Origin: Oceanispirochaeta sp. | GTDB taxonomy: Bacteria; Spirochaetota; Spirochaetia; DSM-2461 | Direction of reading: 5' to 3' | DNA length: 64,000 bases | Assembly (NCBI GenBank): GCA_963663385.2 | Contig: CAXXXD010000003.1 | Location: 896,001-960,000, forward strand | Part shown: piece by piece, positions 49,089 to 58,913 of the stretch | How positions within the stretch are numbered: position 1 is the stretch's first letter | Layout: every line of letters begins with the position of its first letter | The notes under the pieces: model-generated | Database searches by the model: none | What the model was told of the DNA's origin: nothing | Seen by the model: the letters and a program-made list of their open reading frames with translations, nothing else | Position numbers and translations under genes: made by a program

Positions 49089-51074
49089 ATGGAAAAATTT
49101 AAAGTTGTATCCCCCTTTGAACCCTCTGGAGATCAGGGACAGGCCATAGACAAAATTTCCAAAGCCCTTCTGGGCGGGGAAACGGCCGTAACCCTGAAGG
49201 GGGTAACGGGCTCGGGTAAAACCTACACTATGGCGAAGATTGTTGAAAAGGTACAGAAACCGACCCTGATTATCTCCCATAATAAAACCCTGGCAGCTCA
49301 GCTCTATCGGGAATTTCAGGATTTCTTTCCCCATAATGCGGTTGAGTATTTTGTTTCCTACTATGATTACTATCAGCCGGAAGCCTATGTTCCTGCCCGG
49401 GATCTGTATATTGAGAAGGATTCCTCCATCAATGATGAGATCGACAGGATGAGACTTTCCGCCACCATGAGCCTTATGGAACGGCAGGATGTTCTTATTG
49501 TTTCCACAGTTTCCTGTATATACGGTCTGGGGAATCCTTCGTCTTATAAAGATATGAGAGTACAGCTCCTTGTCGGGAGGGAATACAACAGGGACGAAGT
49601 GATCAGAAACCTTATATCCCTTCAGTATGAACGGAACGATATGGTATTGGAGCGGGGAAAATTCCGTGTGCGCGGGGATGTAATGGAGATCTATCCCGCC
49701 TACCTGAAGGAGGCCTATCGGATCAGTTTTGACTGGGGCGAGATCGAATCGGTCCGCCGTTTTAATCCTGTTTCCGGTGATATCCTTCAGGATCTTCCCA
49801 TGTGTACCATATACCCGGCCAAGCACTTTGTTATGCCAGAGGACAGGATTCACAGTACCCTGAACCAGATCCGGGAGGAGATGGTTCAGCAGGTGGACTT
49901 CTTTGAAAGCCGGGGACAGATTGTAGAGGCCCAGCGTCTGAAAACCAGAACGGAATACGATCTGGAGATGATGGAGGAGATGGGGTACTGTTCGGGTATT
50001 GAGAATTATTCCCGTCATCTGGCCGGGCGGGAAGCCGGAGAGCGGCCCGAGGTTTTACTGGATTATTTCCCCGATGATTTTCTTACCTTTGTGGATGAGT
50101 CCCATGTAACCCTTTCCCAGATACGGGCCATGTATGAAGGAGACCGTTCCCGAAAGACAAATCTGGTCAATTTCGGTTTCCGGCTTCCATCCGCTCTGGA
50201 TAACCGTCCCCTGGTTTACAGTGAGTTTGAAAAACTGAAAAATCAGGTCCTTTATGTATCTGCGACACCGGGTAAGGAGGAGATGGAGAAATCCTCTCTG
50301 GTGGCGGAACAGATCATCCGGCCGACAGGACTTCTGGATCCCGAAGTTGATGTCCGGTCCACCAGCGGGCAGATGGAAGATCTGTACGGTGAAATCCGTA
50401 ATCGTATCGACCTGAAGGAGCGTGTCCTTATAACAACTCTGACCAAAAGGATGGCCGAAGACCTGACAGACTATCTGTCCGAACTGGGTCTAAAGGTCCG
50501 ATATCTTCATTCGGAGATAGAAACAATAGAGAGGGTCGAAATTATACGGGACCTCAGGCTGGGAGAGTTTGATGTCCTGGTAGGGATAAATCTGCTCAGG
50601 GAAGGTCTGGATATACCGGAGGTTTCCCTGATAGCCATTATGGATGCCGATAAAATAGGATTCCTCCGTTCCGAAACATCTCTTATTCAGATCATTGGCA
50701 GGGCTGCCAGAAATGCCAATGGAAAAGTTATAATGTATGCGGATAGGGAATCCCATGCCATGACCGCTGCTATCAGGGAAACAGAACGGCGCCGCAGGAT
50801 TCAACAGGCCTACAACGAAGAACACGGCATTACCCCCGAAACAGTCCGGAAAGCTGTACACGACCTTCTTGTTCGTAAAGTGGAAAAGAAGAAGGGGGCC
50901 GAGCGGATGACTATTGATGTGATGAAGGAAAATGTGAATCTGCTTGATCCTGTTCAGAAGAAGAAGCTGATAAAGGCTCTCGAGAAGGAGATGCTTGAAA
51001 AGGCCAGGAATATGGAATTCGAAGAGGCGGCTGTGCTGCGTGATGAAATTCAAGATCTGAAGGGGGAGTCCTGA
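49089..51074 (+). CDS. uvrB: Excinuclease ABC subunit B
   Basis: GVTGSGKT, HNKTLAAQL, YYDYYQPEAY, DESH, GINLLREGLD, GRAARN, UVR domain. Confidence 0.98.
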   Translation: MEKFKVVSPFEPSGDQGQAIDKISKALLGGETAVTLKGVTGSGKTYTMAKIVEKVQKPTLIISHNKTLAAQLYREFQDFFPHNAVEYFVSYYDYYQPEAYVPARDLYIEKDSSINDEIDRMRLSATMSLMERQDVLIVSTVSCIYGLGNPSSYKDMRVQLLVGREYNRDEVIRNLISLQYERNDMVLERGKFRVRGDVMEIYPAYLKEAYRISFDWGEIESVRRFNPVSGDILQDLPMCTIYPAKHFVMPEDRIHSTLNQIREEMVQQVDFFESRGQIVEAQRLKTRTEYDLEMMEEMGYCSGIENYSRHLAGREAGERPEVLLDYFPDDFLTFVDESHVTLSQIRAMYEGDRSRKTNLVNFGFRLPSALDNRPLVYSEFEKLKNQVLYVSATPGKEEMEKSSLVAEQIIRPTGLLDPEVDVRSTSGQMEDLYGEIRNRIDLKERVLITTLTKRMAEDLTDYLSELGLKVRYLHSEIETIERVEIIRDLRLGEFDVLVGINLLREGLDIPEVSLIAIMDADKIGFLRSETSLIQIIGRAARNANGKVIMYADRESHAMTAAIRETERRRRIQQAYNEEHGITPETVRKAVHDLLVRKVEKKKGAERMTIDVMKENVNLLDPVQKKKLIKALEKEMLEKARNMEFEEAAVLRDEIQDLKGES

Positions 51075-51481
51075 TGGATCCCGGTTTTTCCCGCCCCCTG
51101 TTAATGTTCTCACTCTGCCTCATCCTTATCTCTGTCTCCTGCAGGAAGGAGGAGGTTGCCTGGGAACTGGAAATCCCCTCAACGCCCATTCTTACGGGGA
51201 CTGTCGGGTGGGGAGTCGTCAATACGGCCTATCTGAAGATTAATAAAGACCCCGATGATGATCAGTTTGTTGTTACAACCCTCCGGGAAGGGGATATTGT
51301 CCGGATAGAATCGGTCCATTACCTGAAGGAAGAGCGGGGCAGGAATGTCACGGTCTGGTATGAAATAAAATGGGATGACCTGACCGGTTGGGTAAAGGAT
51401 ACCTATCTGGATCCCTATGATACAAGAGAAAAGGCCCAAACCGGTGCCGGAATGCTCCTTGATGCCCCACCGGCAGAGTAG
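51074..51481 (+). CDS. Probable SH3b-domain lipoprotein
   Basis: VSC lipobox; LREGDIVRI...WYEI....GWV. Confidence 0.7.
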   Translation: MDPGFSRPLLMFSLCLILISVSCRKEEVAWELEIPSTPILTGTVGWGVVNTAYLKINKDPDDDQFVVTTLREGDIVRIESVHYLKEERGRNVTVWYEIKWDDLTGWVKDTYLDPYDTREKAQTGAGMLLDAPPAE

Positions 51482-51522
51482 AGCCCTTTTCTTCTGTTCC
51501 CTAGCTGTGTTAAATTGTAAGC

Positions 51523-52209
51523 ATGAGTATTAAGGATAATCTTGCCAGGGTAAGGGATTCACTGAATGAAGCGGCTGTTAAGTCCGGTCGGAAGGCAGAT
51601 GACATTGCTTTAATGGCGGTGAGTAAAACCAAACCTCTGGAGTTGATAGAAGAGGCTTATGAGGCGGGGCAGCGCCTTTTCGGTGAAAACAGGGTTCTGG
51701 AAGCAAAAGAGAAATTTGCTTTTCTGCCGGATGATGTCCGCCTGGAAATGATCGGACATCTACAGACCAATAAACTAAACCCGGCTGTGGATGTTTTTGA
51801 CTGTATTCAGACTGTGGACTCCATCAGGCTGGCGGAAAAACTGGAAGCCCGGTGCTGTCTCAGGGACAGGAGTATTGATATCCTGTTACAGCTTAAGACT
51901 TCTGATGAAATGAGTAAAACCGGACTGGATTCCTTTGATCTTCTGCAGAACGCAGCTGAAGCTATTCTGGGGATGTCCAGGCTGCGGATTACAGGTCTGA
52001 TGACTATTGCCCCTTTTACAGATAATGAGCTGATTGTCAGAAAAGCGTTCTCAGACTGCCGGGAGGCTAAAGAACGTTTGTGTCTCCGGTTTCCGGAACT
52101 CGAAATGCCTGTTCTTTCCATGGGGATGTCTTCGGATTATGAATGGGCGATTCAGGAAGGTTCCACTCAGGTCAGAATAGGAAGCGCCATTTTCGGAGTA
52201 CGTTCTTGA
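51523..52209 (+). CDS. yggS: PLP homeostasis protein YggS
   Basis: MAVSKT, FGEN, IGHLQTNK, GLMTIAP, LSMGMS.DY, VRIGSAIFG. Confidence 0.96.
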   Translation: MSIKDNLARVRDSLNEAAVKSGRKADDIALMAVSKTKPLELIEEAYEAGQRLFGENRVLEAKEKFAFLPDDVRLEMIGHLQTNKLNPAVDVFDCIQTVDSIRLAEKLEARCCLRDRSIDILLQLKTSDEMSKTGLDSFDLLQNAAEAILGMSRLRITGLMTIAPFTDNELIVRKAFSDCREAKERLCLRFPELEMPVLSMGMSSDYEWAIQEGSTQVRIGSAIFGVRS

Positions 52210-52619
52210 AGTGGTGGCCGCTGTTTATTCTTCTGTTTCTGCAATGGGGCGGAATAGTCTGTCTGGGAGCGGAAGAGTTTAACGGACCTGTAACAGAACC
52301 CTTACCTTATGAGGAGATAGAGTTCCCCGAGTGGGCTCATGATATGAGACGTTTCGAGGTGATTTTTTTCGGATCGGTACCCCTGAGCTATATTGTAACC
52401 AATCTGGTCTATGATCTTTCCATTTATGCCTCTCATGATTTTAAAACCGAGTACAGGATGGGAACGGCCAGGGATCAGGATGATATCGAGTTTATGCTGA
52501 TTACGTCAGTTTCGGTTTCGGCTGGAATTGCCGTACTGGATTATATTATCGGACAAGTAAAGGATAGATGGGGGACGGATAGGAAAATCCGGGATACCCC
52601 TGAGAGTGGAAAACAGTAA
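52206..52619 (+). CDS. Hypothetical membrane/exported protein
   Basis: TTG start overlapping the yggS stop; EFPEWAHDMRRFEVIFFGSVP and hydrophobic segments. Confidence 0.65.
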   Translation: MKWWPLFILLFLQWGGIVCLGAEEFNGPVTEPLPYEEIEFPEWAHDMRRFEVIFFGSVPLSYIVTNLVYDLSIYASHDFKTEYRMGTARDQDDIEFMLITSVSVSAGIAVLDYIIGQVKDRWGTDRKIRDTPESGKQ

Positions 52620-53536
52620 TGGAAAAAGAGATTAAAGTAGAACTGCCCGAAGGGGAAGCTGTTCGGGCGGACAGATATATTTCGGGAATAGGCATTATGA
52701 GCCGCAGTCAGTTTGAGTTGTGCAAGTTAAAGGTCGAGCTGAATGGCAGAGAGATTAAGGTTTCCAGGAAAATCAGGAATCATGATGTTTTAAAACTCTC
52801 ATGGGAGCCGCAGGAGGAACCGGAGTACGGACCCGAAGAAATGGACCTGGATATCCTGTTTGAAAATGAACAGGTTATTGTCCTGAATAAACCCCAGGGG
52901 GTAGTTGTCCATCCGGCTTGCGGAAACTATCACGGCACACTTGTTCAGGGCCTTCTGTATTATAACAAAACCCTGGCCGGTTCTTTTGGAGAAGAGAGTA
53001 TTCGGCCTGGTATCGTTCACCGCCTGGACAAGGATACTTCCGGTATTATAATAACCGCAAAGGATGCTTCTTCTCTGGAATGCCTCTCTGCCCAGTTCCG
53101 GGACAGAACAACAGAGAAGTACTATATTGCTCTGGTAAAAGGGCGGATGCCTGCCCGTCGGGGGGATATCGATACATTTATTACCAGGGATGAAAAAAAC
53201 AGAAAAAAGTTTACCGTACATGAATCAAAAGGAAAACACGCTATAACCCGTTACGAAGTAATAAAAGCCTGGGACAATTATACGCTGCTCCGTTTAAAGC
53301 TGGAAACAGGAAGAACTCACCAGTTAAGGGTTCATCTCCAGTCTCTAGGCTGTCCCATCCTTGGCGATCCCATCTATTCCAGAAAGGATAATCGCTACCC
53401 GGATACCGGGTTGATGCTTCATTCATGGAAGCTGAAAATCCAGCTGCCGGGAGAGGAGGAACAGAGGGAATTCACCGCACCTCTTCCCGATCGTTTCTCA
53501 AGGATGGAAGAACTTCTGGATGAGGAAACTACCTGA
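52619..53536 (+). CDS. RluA-family (RluD-like) pseudouridine synthase
   Basis: S4-like N-terminus, NKPQG.VVHP, VHRLDKDTSG, TGRTHQLR, GDPIY. Confidence 0.93.
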   Translation: MEKEIKVELPEGEAVRADRYISGIGIMSRSQFELCKLKVELNGREIKVSRKIRNHDVLKLSWEPQEEPEYGPEEMDLDILFENEQVIVLNKPQGVVVHPACGNYHGTLVQGLLYYNKTLAGSFGEESIRPGIVHRLDKDTSGIIITAKDASSLECLSAQFRDRTTEKYYIALVKGRMPARRGDIDTFITRDEKNRKKFTVHESKGKHAITRYEVIKAWDNYTLLRLKLETGRTHQLRVHLQSLGCPILGDPIYSRKDNRYPDTGLMLHSWKLKIQLPGEEEQREFTAPLPDRFSRMEELLDEETT

Positions 53537-53547
53537 GAAGATCCTGC

Positions 53548-54129
53548 TTAGTCTTCCTGCTCCTCATACTCCTCTTTCATCCTGTTGTAGATGTTTTTTT
53601 CAGCCCGGATGGTAGAGGGAGGACCATGGCCGGGAAGGAGGATTCCGTGTCCTTCCCGGATAAACAGTTTATTCTCCAGTTCATCCCTTAAAAGAGCTCT
53701 CGTGTAGCGGTCGGGAGTCGTTCCCGTTCTTCCGGCGGAAAGTACGTCCCCGGTAAAGTAAAAATGACCGTATTTATAGACAAGGGAATCAAAAGAATGA
53801 CCGCTTATGGACAGTACTTCGATATTCTGGTCGCCCAGTTTCAAAATACCCTCATCCACAGGAGTGCAGGGGGTTCCCTCCAGATCGTCGATTTTTGAAT
53901 AGATCTTTGCATCGTATATTTTAAGTATTGTTTTAATGCCCCTGAAATGGTTGGGGTGGGCATGTGTAATCAAAACATGACGGATATAATAGTTATTATC
54001 CTCAATCAGTCCCAGAAGACGGACATCCATGGACCCCGGATCAACGAGGATGGCATCTCCCCCCTCGTCCGGTCCTATAAGATAGGTATTGCTGAATCCG
54101 ACAGCGGTAAAGTGATTAAACAGTTTCAT
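53548..54129 (-). CDS. MBL-fold metallo-hydrolase
   Basis: VDPG, THAHPNH, GHS, FTGD, PGHG. Confidence 0.85.
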   Translation of the reverse strand: MKLFNHFTAVGFSNTYLIGPDEGGDAILVDPGSMDVRLLGLIEDNNYYIRHVLITHAHPNHFRGIKTILKIYDAKIYSKIDDLEGTPCTPVDEGILKLGDQNIEVLSISGHSFDSLVYKYGHFYFTGDVLSAGRTGTTPDRYTRALLRDELENKLFIREGHGILLPGHGPPSTIRAEKNIYNRMKEEYEEQED

Positions 54130-54716
54130 GGCAGCTCTTCCGTATCAAAATAGGCTTCCTCGGTATTGGAGTATTTAAAATTGATGCCGCTCCGCCTCGA
54201 TCCTGAAAAATCCACTCTTTTCAGGTTGCAGTCCATCATTTTTATATTTTTCAGGGAAGCCGCTATAAAGCGGGAATAGTAGAGGTCTGACTCGCTGAAA
54301 TCGTTGTTGACGGCATGAATATTATTCCAGTTGACCGCAATCAGGTCGGATCCCTGCCAATCCACATTGGTTATTACAGATTCGGTAAAGACACAGTGTT
54401 TTATATTGGTCCTTTTGAATGAGGTATCGATGATTACAGATTCATCAAAGAAACACATCTGAAAAACCGAATCATCAAACCGGCAGTTAATCCACTGGGT
54501 GTGATGAAAATAGCAGTCCAAAAAGTGCTTGTTGCATAAATCCAGGTCCTTGAACACAAGCCCGGGAGCCTTTATATCGCATATAACCTCTTTCTCCGTC
54601 ATCAGCCTGCTGAAATGCTTAACGCTATCCCAGTTCTGATGCTCTTCGCATAGTCTGTAACCGGTGGAAACTTTATTTGTGCAGTCCGGGTGGGAACAGT
54701 AATCCAAATCAAACAT
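54126..54716 (-). CDS. Pentapeptide-repeat protein with N-terminal Cys/His cluster
   Basis: C-x4-C...C-x2-H, then five-residue F/L-periodic repeats. Confidence 0.82.
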   Translation of the reverse strand: MFDLDYCSHPDCTNKVSTGYRLCEEHQNWDSVKHFSRLMTEKEVICDIKAPGLVFKDLDLCNKHFLDCYFHHTQWINCRFDDSVFQMCFFDESVIIDTSFKRTNIKHCVFTESVITNVDWQGSDLIAVNWNNIHAVNNDFSESDLYYSRFIAASLKNIKMMDCNLKRVDFSGSRRSGINFKYSNTEEAYFDTEELP

Positions 54717-54769
54717 ATATATAATTTAAATTTATTGCCTTTTTTTTTACAAGGGGTTAAGATCCGTTT

Positions 54770-55045
54770 ATGTGTAATTGTTATTTCTGCGGCAATTCCT
54801 TTGATGAAAAAATCTATAAAACAACACTTTGTCCCTCCTGCGGAAAGGAGCTGAAAATCTGCATGAACTGCCTTCATTACGATTCTTCCGCCTATCATGA
54901 GTGCCGGGAATCCCAGGCCGAGTATGTTCAGGATAAACTTCGGGCGAATTTCTGTGATTACTTTATGCCGGGGGAAAAGCGTTCAAACGGGTCTACCGAT
55001 AAAGAACAGGAAGCCCGGAGCAAGTTTGAGGATCTTTTCTCCTGA
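54770..55045 (+). CDS. Small Cys-rich (zinc-ribbon) hypothetical protein
   Basis: CYFC, CPSC, CMNC, HEC, NFCDYF; TGATG coupling to murI. Confidence 0.8.
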   Translation: MCNCYFCGNSFDEKIYKTTLCPSCGKELKICMNCLHYDSSAYHECRESQAEYVQDKLRANFCDYFMPGEKRSNGSTDKEQEARSKFEDLFS

Positions 55046-55866
55046 TGCTCATCAGCCGAAATCTTGTCTTTATGGATTCCGGAATCGGAGGAATCCCCTA
55101 TCTCAGGTGGGTCCGTGAAAAACGCCCCGGCTGGCAGTATTATTACGTGGCGGACAACAAATTCTTTCCCTATGGAGGCCGCAGCGCCGAGGAACTGAAA
55201 AACCGGCTCTGCGATCTGACGGAGCTGATGATACGGGAATACTCTCCCGATATAATAATACTGGCATGTAACACCGCGTCCGTAACCGCCCTTTCTCATC
55301 TTCGTTCCCGTTTCAGTCTGCCCTTTGTGGGTGTGGTTCCCGCTGTCAAACCCGCCGCCCAGGATGAAGGGACCGGACGGATAGGCGTGCTGGCAACGAA
55401 GGGGACTGTTGAGGGTGAGTACCTGAAAGAGCTGATCAGGAAATTTGTTCCCGATTCGGAAACAGTGGATTGTATTGCCGCCCCTGATCTGGTTGATTTT
55501 GTGGAAAACAGACTTTCCGGAGCGGAAAGCGACGAAGTAAGGCGGATCGTCCTTCCCTATCTCAGGGAGGCGGAGAAAAGGAAGTGGACACACATGGTTC
55601 TTGGCTGTACCCACTATATTTTTCTGAAGCCCTGGCTTGAACAATGGAAATCCGACTCTCTTTCTGTAATAGATTCCACCGAAGGAGTCGGAAGGCGGAT
55701 TCTCAGTCTGCTTGACCGGAAGGGAGAGACCCCCGGAAACAGACCGGAGGGGACGGATAATGCTATCTTTCATATTACTGATGGTTCCCGGCCTTTCTCC
55801 CTGTACAGGAATCTGGCAGAATCTGAAGGGATGAATTTTAAAATACTACAGGCGGATCAATTATGA
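55045..55866 (+). CDS. murI: Glutamate racemase
   Basis: DSGIGG, FPYG, ACNTAS, LGCTHY. Confidence 0.96.
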   Translation: MLISRNLVFMDSGIGGIPYLRWVREKRPGWQYYYVADNKFFPYGGRSAEELKNRLCDLTELMIREYSPDIIILACNTASVTALSHLRSRFSLPFVGVVPAVKPAAQDEGTGRIGVLATKGTVEGEYLKELIRKFVPDSETVDCIAAPDLVDFVENRLSGAESDEVRRIVLPYLREAEKRKWTHMVLGCTHYIFLKPWLEQWKSDSLSVIDSTEGVGRRILSLLDRKGETPGNRPEGTDNAIFHITDGSRPFSLYRNLAESEGMNFKILQADQL

Positions 55867-56789
55867 AGGGTCTGGTTCTTTGGGGAATCAATAATATCTA
55901 TACCGTAAAATCCTTTAATGACGGATTAAACAGAGAGTGTCGGATCAAGGGAAAGAAGCTCAGTTCCAAAGAGCGTTTCTATAACCCGATTTCTCCCGGT
56001 GATTATGTAGAGGTGGAAGATATCCCCGATGAACCGGGCAAGGGTATCATTGTCGAGCGAGAAGAGAGAAGGAACTATTTTGCCCGTTATAATAAAAAAG
56101 GACGGGCTCTTCAGACCCTCGCCGTCAATATGGATTGTCTTTACTGCATTGTATCACCCGAGCTGCCGCCATTCAGGCCGCGTTTTATAGACAGGGCTCT
56201 TATTCTGGCAGAGAAGGGCAGACTGGATGTGGCAGTCATACTCAATAAATGTGATCAGAAAATCGAACCATCCGTACAGGGCCGGCTGGATTATTTTAAA
56301 AAAATGGGGGTTCCCATATATTATACCTCGGCGGAAACCGGAGAGGGAGTGGATGACTTTCTGAGGGAAATCAAAGGAAAAACTGTTGGTTTTGCCGGGC
56401 AGTCCGGGGTGGGAAAATCCACACTCCTGAACAGGCTGATACCGGATGCCGCCCAGAAAACGGCTGAAGTGTCCCGCAAGATGGCCAGAGGGAAGCATAC
56501 GACAAATTATGCCGTAATGATCCCTTTTGGAAATCAGGAGGGTTATATTATTGATACACCGGGAATCAGGGAGCTTCTTCTATGGGGAATCGACAGCTGT
56601 GATCTGGATCACTGGTTTACAGATTTTCAACCATATATCGGTCAATGTGGTTTTAATGGCTGTCATCATATCCATGAACCGGATTGTGCTGTAAAAGATG
56701 CTGTTAAAGAAGGGAAAATAAACGGTGACCGTTATGAGAGCTATGCCCGTATGTTTACGGAGATTCAGGAGAGTGAACGGCAGTTTTAA
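55863..56789 (+). CDS. rsgA: Ribosome small-subunit-dependent GTPase A
   Basis: NKCD, GQSGVGKS, GKHTT, DTPG, C.F..C.H.HEP.C. Confidence 0.96.
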   Translation: MKGLVLWGINNIYTVKSFNDGLNRECRIKGKKLSSKERFYNPISPGDYVEVEDIPDEPGKGIIVEREERRNYFARYNKKGRALQTLAVNMDCLYCIVSPELPPFRPRFIDRALILAEKGRLDVAVILNKCDQKIEPSVQGRLDYFKKMGVPIYYTSAETGEGVDDFLREIKGKTVGFAGQSGVGKSTLLNRLIPDAAQKTAEVSRKMARGKHTTNYAVMIPFGNQEGYIIDTPGIRELLLWGIDSCDLDHWFTDFQPYIGQCGFNGCHHIHEPDCAVKDAVKEGKINGDRYESYARMFTEIQESERQF

Positions 56790-56843
56790 AATAAAAACGG
56801 CTTGTATTGATCTTATTTATGTGATAAAAGGAACGGAATAGGT

Positions 56844-57461
56844 TTGTTTATGAATCTAAATGAACATTTTATTTTTATATTGATCGTTTTCGCCTTTTTT
56901 CTCAGCTCTTGTTTAACCGTTAATTCCGATTTGAGAATATCGGGACAGGGTCGTGGCAGCCTTGTCCTGGATTACCGGGTTTCCAAGAAGGCGGCGGGAA
57001 TCCAGAGGGATTCTACACCTGATGGACGCCTTATCCCCCTTCCTCTGAACCAGAATGAATTCCGCCAGAAAGCTGATGCGCTTTCAGGCTTGTCTATCAC
57101 TTCCTTAAGTTCTTCGGAAGATCCGAATTATATTTATATTGAATCAGTCATCTCCTTCGATACCCTTCAGGATCTCAGTTCCTTTCTGGGAATTCCAATG
57201 CGGATTATGCAGGAAGGGGATGTCACCCGTCTCAGTGTAACTCTGGCTGATCCGGAATATCCTGTCAGTCTCGAATCGCGGAATATTATTTCATCCGTAT
57301 TTGATGACGATACCCTGTCTCTAAGTCTGACAGTTGACGGGACTGTTACTTCCGTTAACAGAGGGCAGACGGGTCCAAATGGAAGGGGCGCTCTGTTTTC
57401 AGGTGATTTAGAGGATCTGTACGGGAGCAGCGGATTTATCTGGGAAGTGGAGTGGCAGTAA
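56844..57461 (+). CDS. Hypothetical lipoprotein
   Basis: Hydrophobic signal with LSSC lipobox. Confidence 0.7.
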   Translation: MFMNLNEHFIFILIVFAFFLSSCLTVNSDLRISGQGRGSLVLDYRVSKKAAGIQRDSTPDGRLIPLPLNQNEFRQKADALSGLSITSLSSSEDPNYIYIESVISFDTLQDLSSFLGIPMRIMQEGDVTRLSVTLADPEYPVSLESRNIISSVFDDDTLSLSLTVDGTVTSVNRGQTGPNGRGALFSGDLEDLYGSSGFIWEVEWQ

Positions 57462-57462
57462 T

Positions 57463-57864
57463 ATGATAAAACATTATAAACTGCAGCAGTGGGATAATAA
57501 GCTTAAAAGTATTTGTGATGAGGTGGACGCCTGGCTGGAGAGTGAGTATGGAGATCTCTATCGATTAAGGCCCAATCGTCCGGAAAGAGGAGAGACTTTC
57601 AATCCCGAAATGGACGGACTGTTTAATATCCAGGCAGTTTTTACACCGGGCTATGGATCTGAAAAGGGGCGGGGATATATTATTGAGATAGAGTATTCCA
57701 CCCTGGAAACTGTAAGCCCCGAAGTTAAGAAAAATATCGATGATATTGTTATTTCCATGATCAGGAAGCGATTGGGTACAGAATTCCCCGGCAGAGAACT
57801 TGAAATAGGTATAGATAAGAATATGATTAAGATATGGGGCGATCTCAGTCTGGGAGCAATATGA
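57463..57864 (+). CDS. Hypothetical protein
   Basis: 133-aa ORF 1 nt after the previous stop. Confidence 0.75.
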   Translation: MIKHYKLQQWDNKLKSICDEVDAWLESEYGDLYRLRPNRPERGETFNPEMDGLFNIQAVFTPGYGSEKGRGYIIEIEYSTLETVSPEVKKNIDDIVISMIRKRLGTEFPGRELEIGIDKNMIKIWGDLSLGAI

Positions 57865-57929
57865 AAAAGTGACTTTCATTTTTTTTCCCTACAGTATACC
57901 TTATATGGTAATGGTTAAAGGAGGAGTTT

Positions 57930-58280
57930 GTGTCTGATAAAAGGAAGCTATTTCTGAAAATCCTGAAAGTGGAATTGGAAGAAGTGGAAAGCGAAATCGA
58001 TATACTAATCAAAGTGTATCAGTCTCGTTATGAAAAGCACGAAATTACACATTATGTTCAGCAGGAAAACGGCGCTCTTCTTGAACGGGAAATATCCTGT
58101 CTGAAAAAAATGGTTCCGGTGCTGGATACTTTTTCAACAGAAGAGTATCAGGATAATGAATCCTTCGTTTCCGGTTTAAAAGTCTTTCTGGAAAGTTTTG
58201 TAAAAGAGAATCAATTTCCTCATGCGGTTTTTCTTTTGGCGGAACACAAGTTGCAGAAAGTTGTAAAATATATCTTTTAA
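57930..58280 (+). CDS. Hypothetical helical protein immediately upstream of the V-ATPase operon
   Basis: GTG start after AAGGAGG; 18 bp before subunit E. Confidence 0.75.
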   Translation: MSDKRKLFLKILKVELEEVESEIDILIKVYQSRYEKHEITHYVQQENGALLEREISCLKKMVPVLDTFSTEEYQDNESFVSGLKVFLESFVKENQFPHAVFLLAEHKLQKVVKYIF

Positions 58281-58298
58281 GTAAGAGGGTAAAGTCGC

Positions 58299-58898
58299 AT
58301 GGATGTTCAGGTTAAGGAACTTATTGAGAAAATCAAGAATGACGGTGTGAAAAGTGCTGAAGAGACAGCTGCCGGCATTATCAGTGATGCAGAGAAAAAA
58401 GCTGCTGCATTAATGGAAAAGGCTGAAAAAGATGCCGCCGAGATTAAATCTCAGGCGCAGAATGAAGCAGCCAGAATGGAACAGGCCGGAAAGGAAGCCT
58501 TGAAGCAGGCCGGACGCGATTTGCTGTTAAGTGTGCGTAAGGATGTGGAAACGCTGTTTGACGGAGTTGTAAAGGCCGGAGCGGCAGAGGTCCTGAAAGG
58601 GGACAGTCTGAAAGAGTGCATTATAACGGTTCTGAAATCCTGGAATGCCGATGAGGTTAAGGACCTGACAGTCCTTGTCCCGGAAAATCTCCTCAAAGCA
58701 CTCGAGTCTGATCTGAAAGGTCAGCTGAAAAGCGAAGTAGAGAAAGGTTTGGAAATCAAACCCTTTAACGATATTGAAGCCGGTTTCAGAATTTCTTCTA
58801 AAGACGGCCGGGTTTTTTATGATTTTTCCGATGACGAGTTGATGACAATGCTTTCCAAGTATTTGAATCCCGCTCTGTTGGCCATTCTGGAAAAATAA
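58299..58898 (+). CDS. atpE: V-type ATP synthase subunit E
   Basis: VKELIEKIKNDGV coiled coil, AGFRI, YDFSD, YLNP; operon position. Confidence 0.88.
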   Translation: MDVQVKELIEKIKNDGVKSAEETAAGIISDAEKKAAALMEKAEKDAAEIKSQAQNEAARMEQAGKEALKQAGRDLLLSVRKDVETLFDGVVKAGAAEVLKGDSLKECIITVLKSWNADEVKDLTVLVPENLLKALESDLKGQLKSEVEKGLEIKPFNDIEAGFRISSKDGRVFYDFSDDELMTMLSKYLNPALLAILEK

Positions 58899-58913
58899 CA
58901 AAAGGAGTTAATT

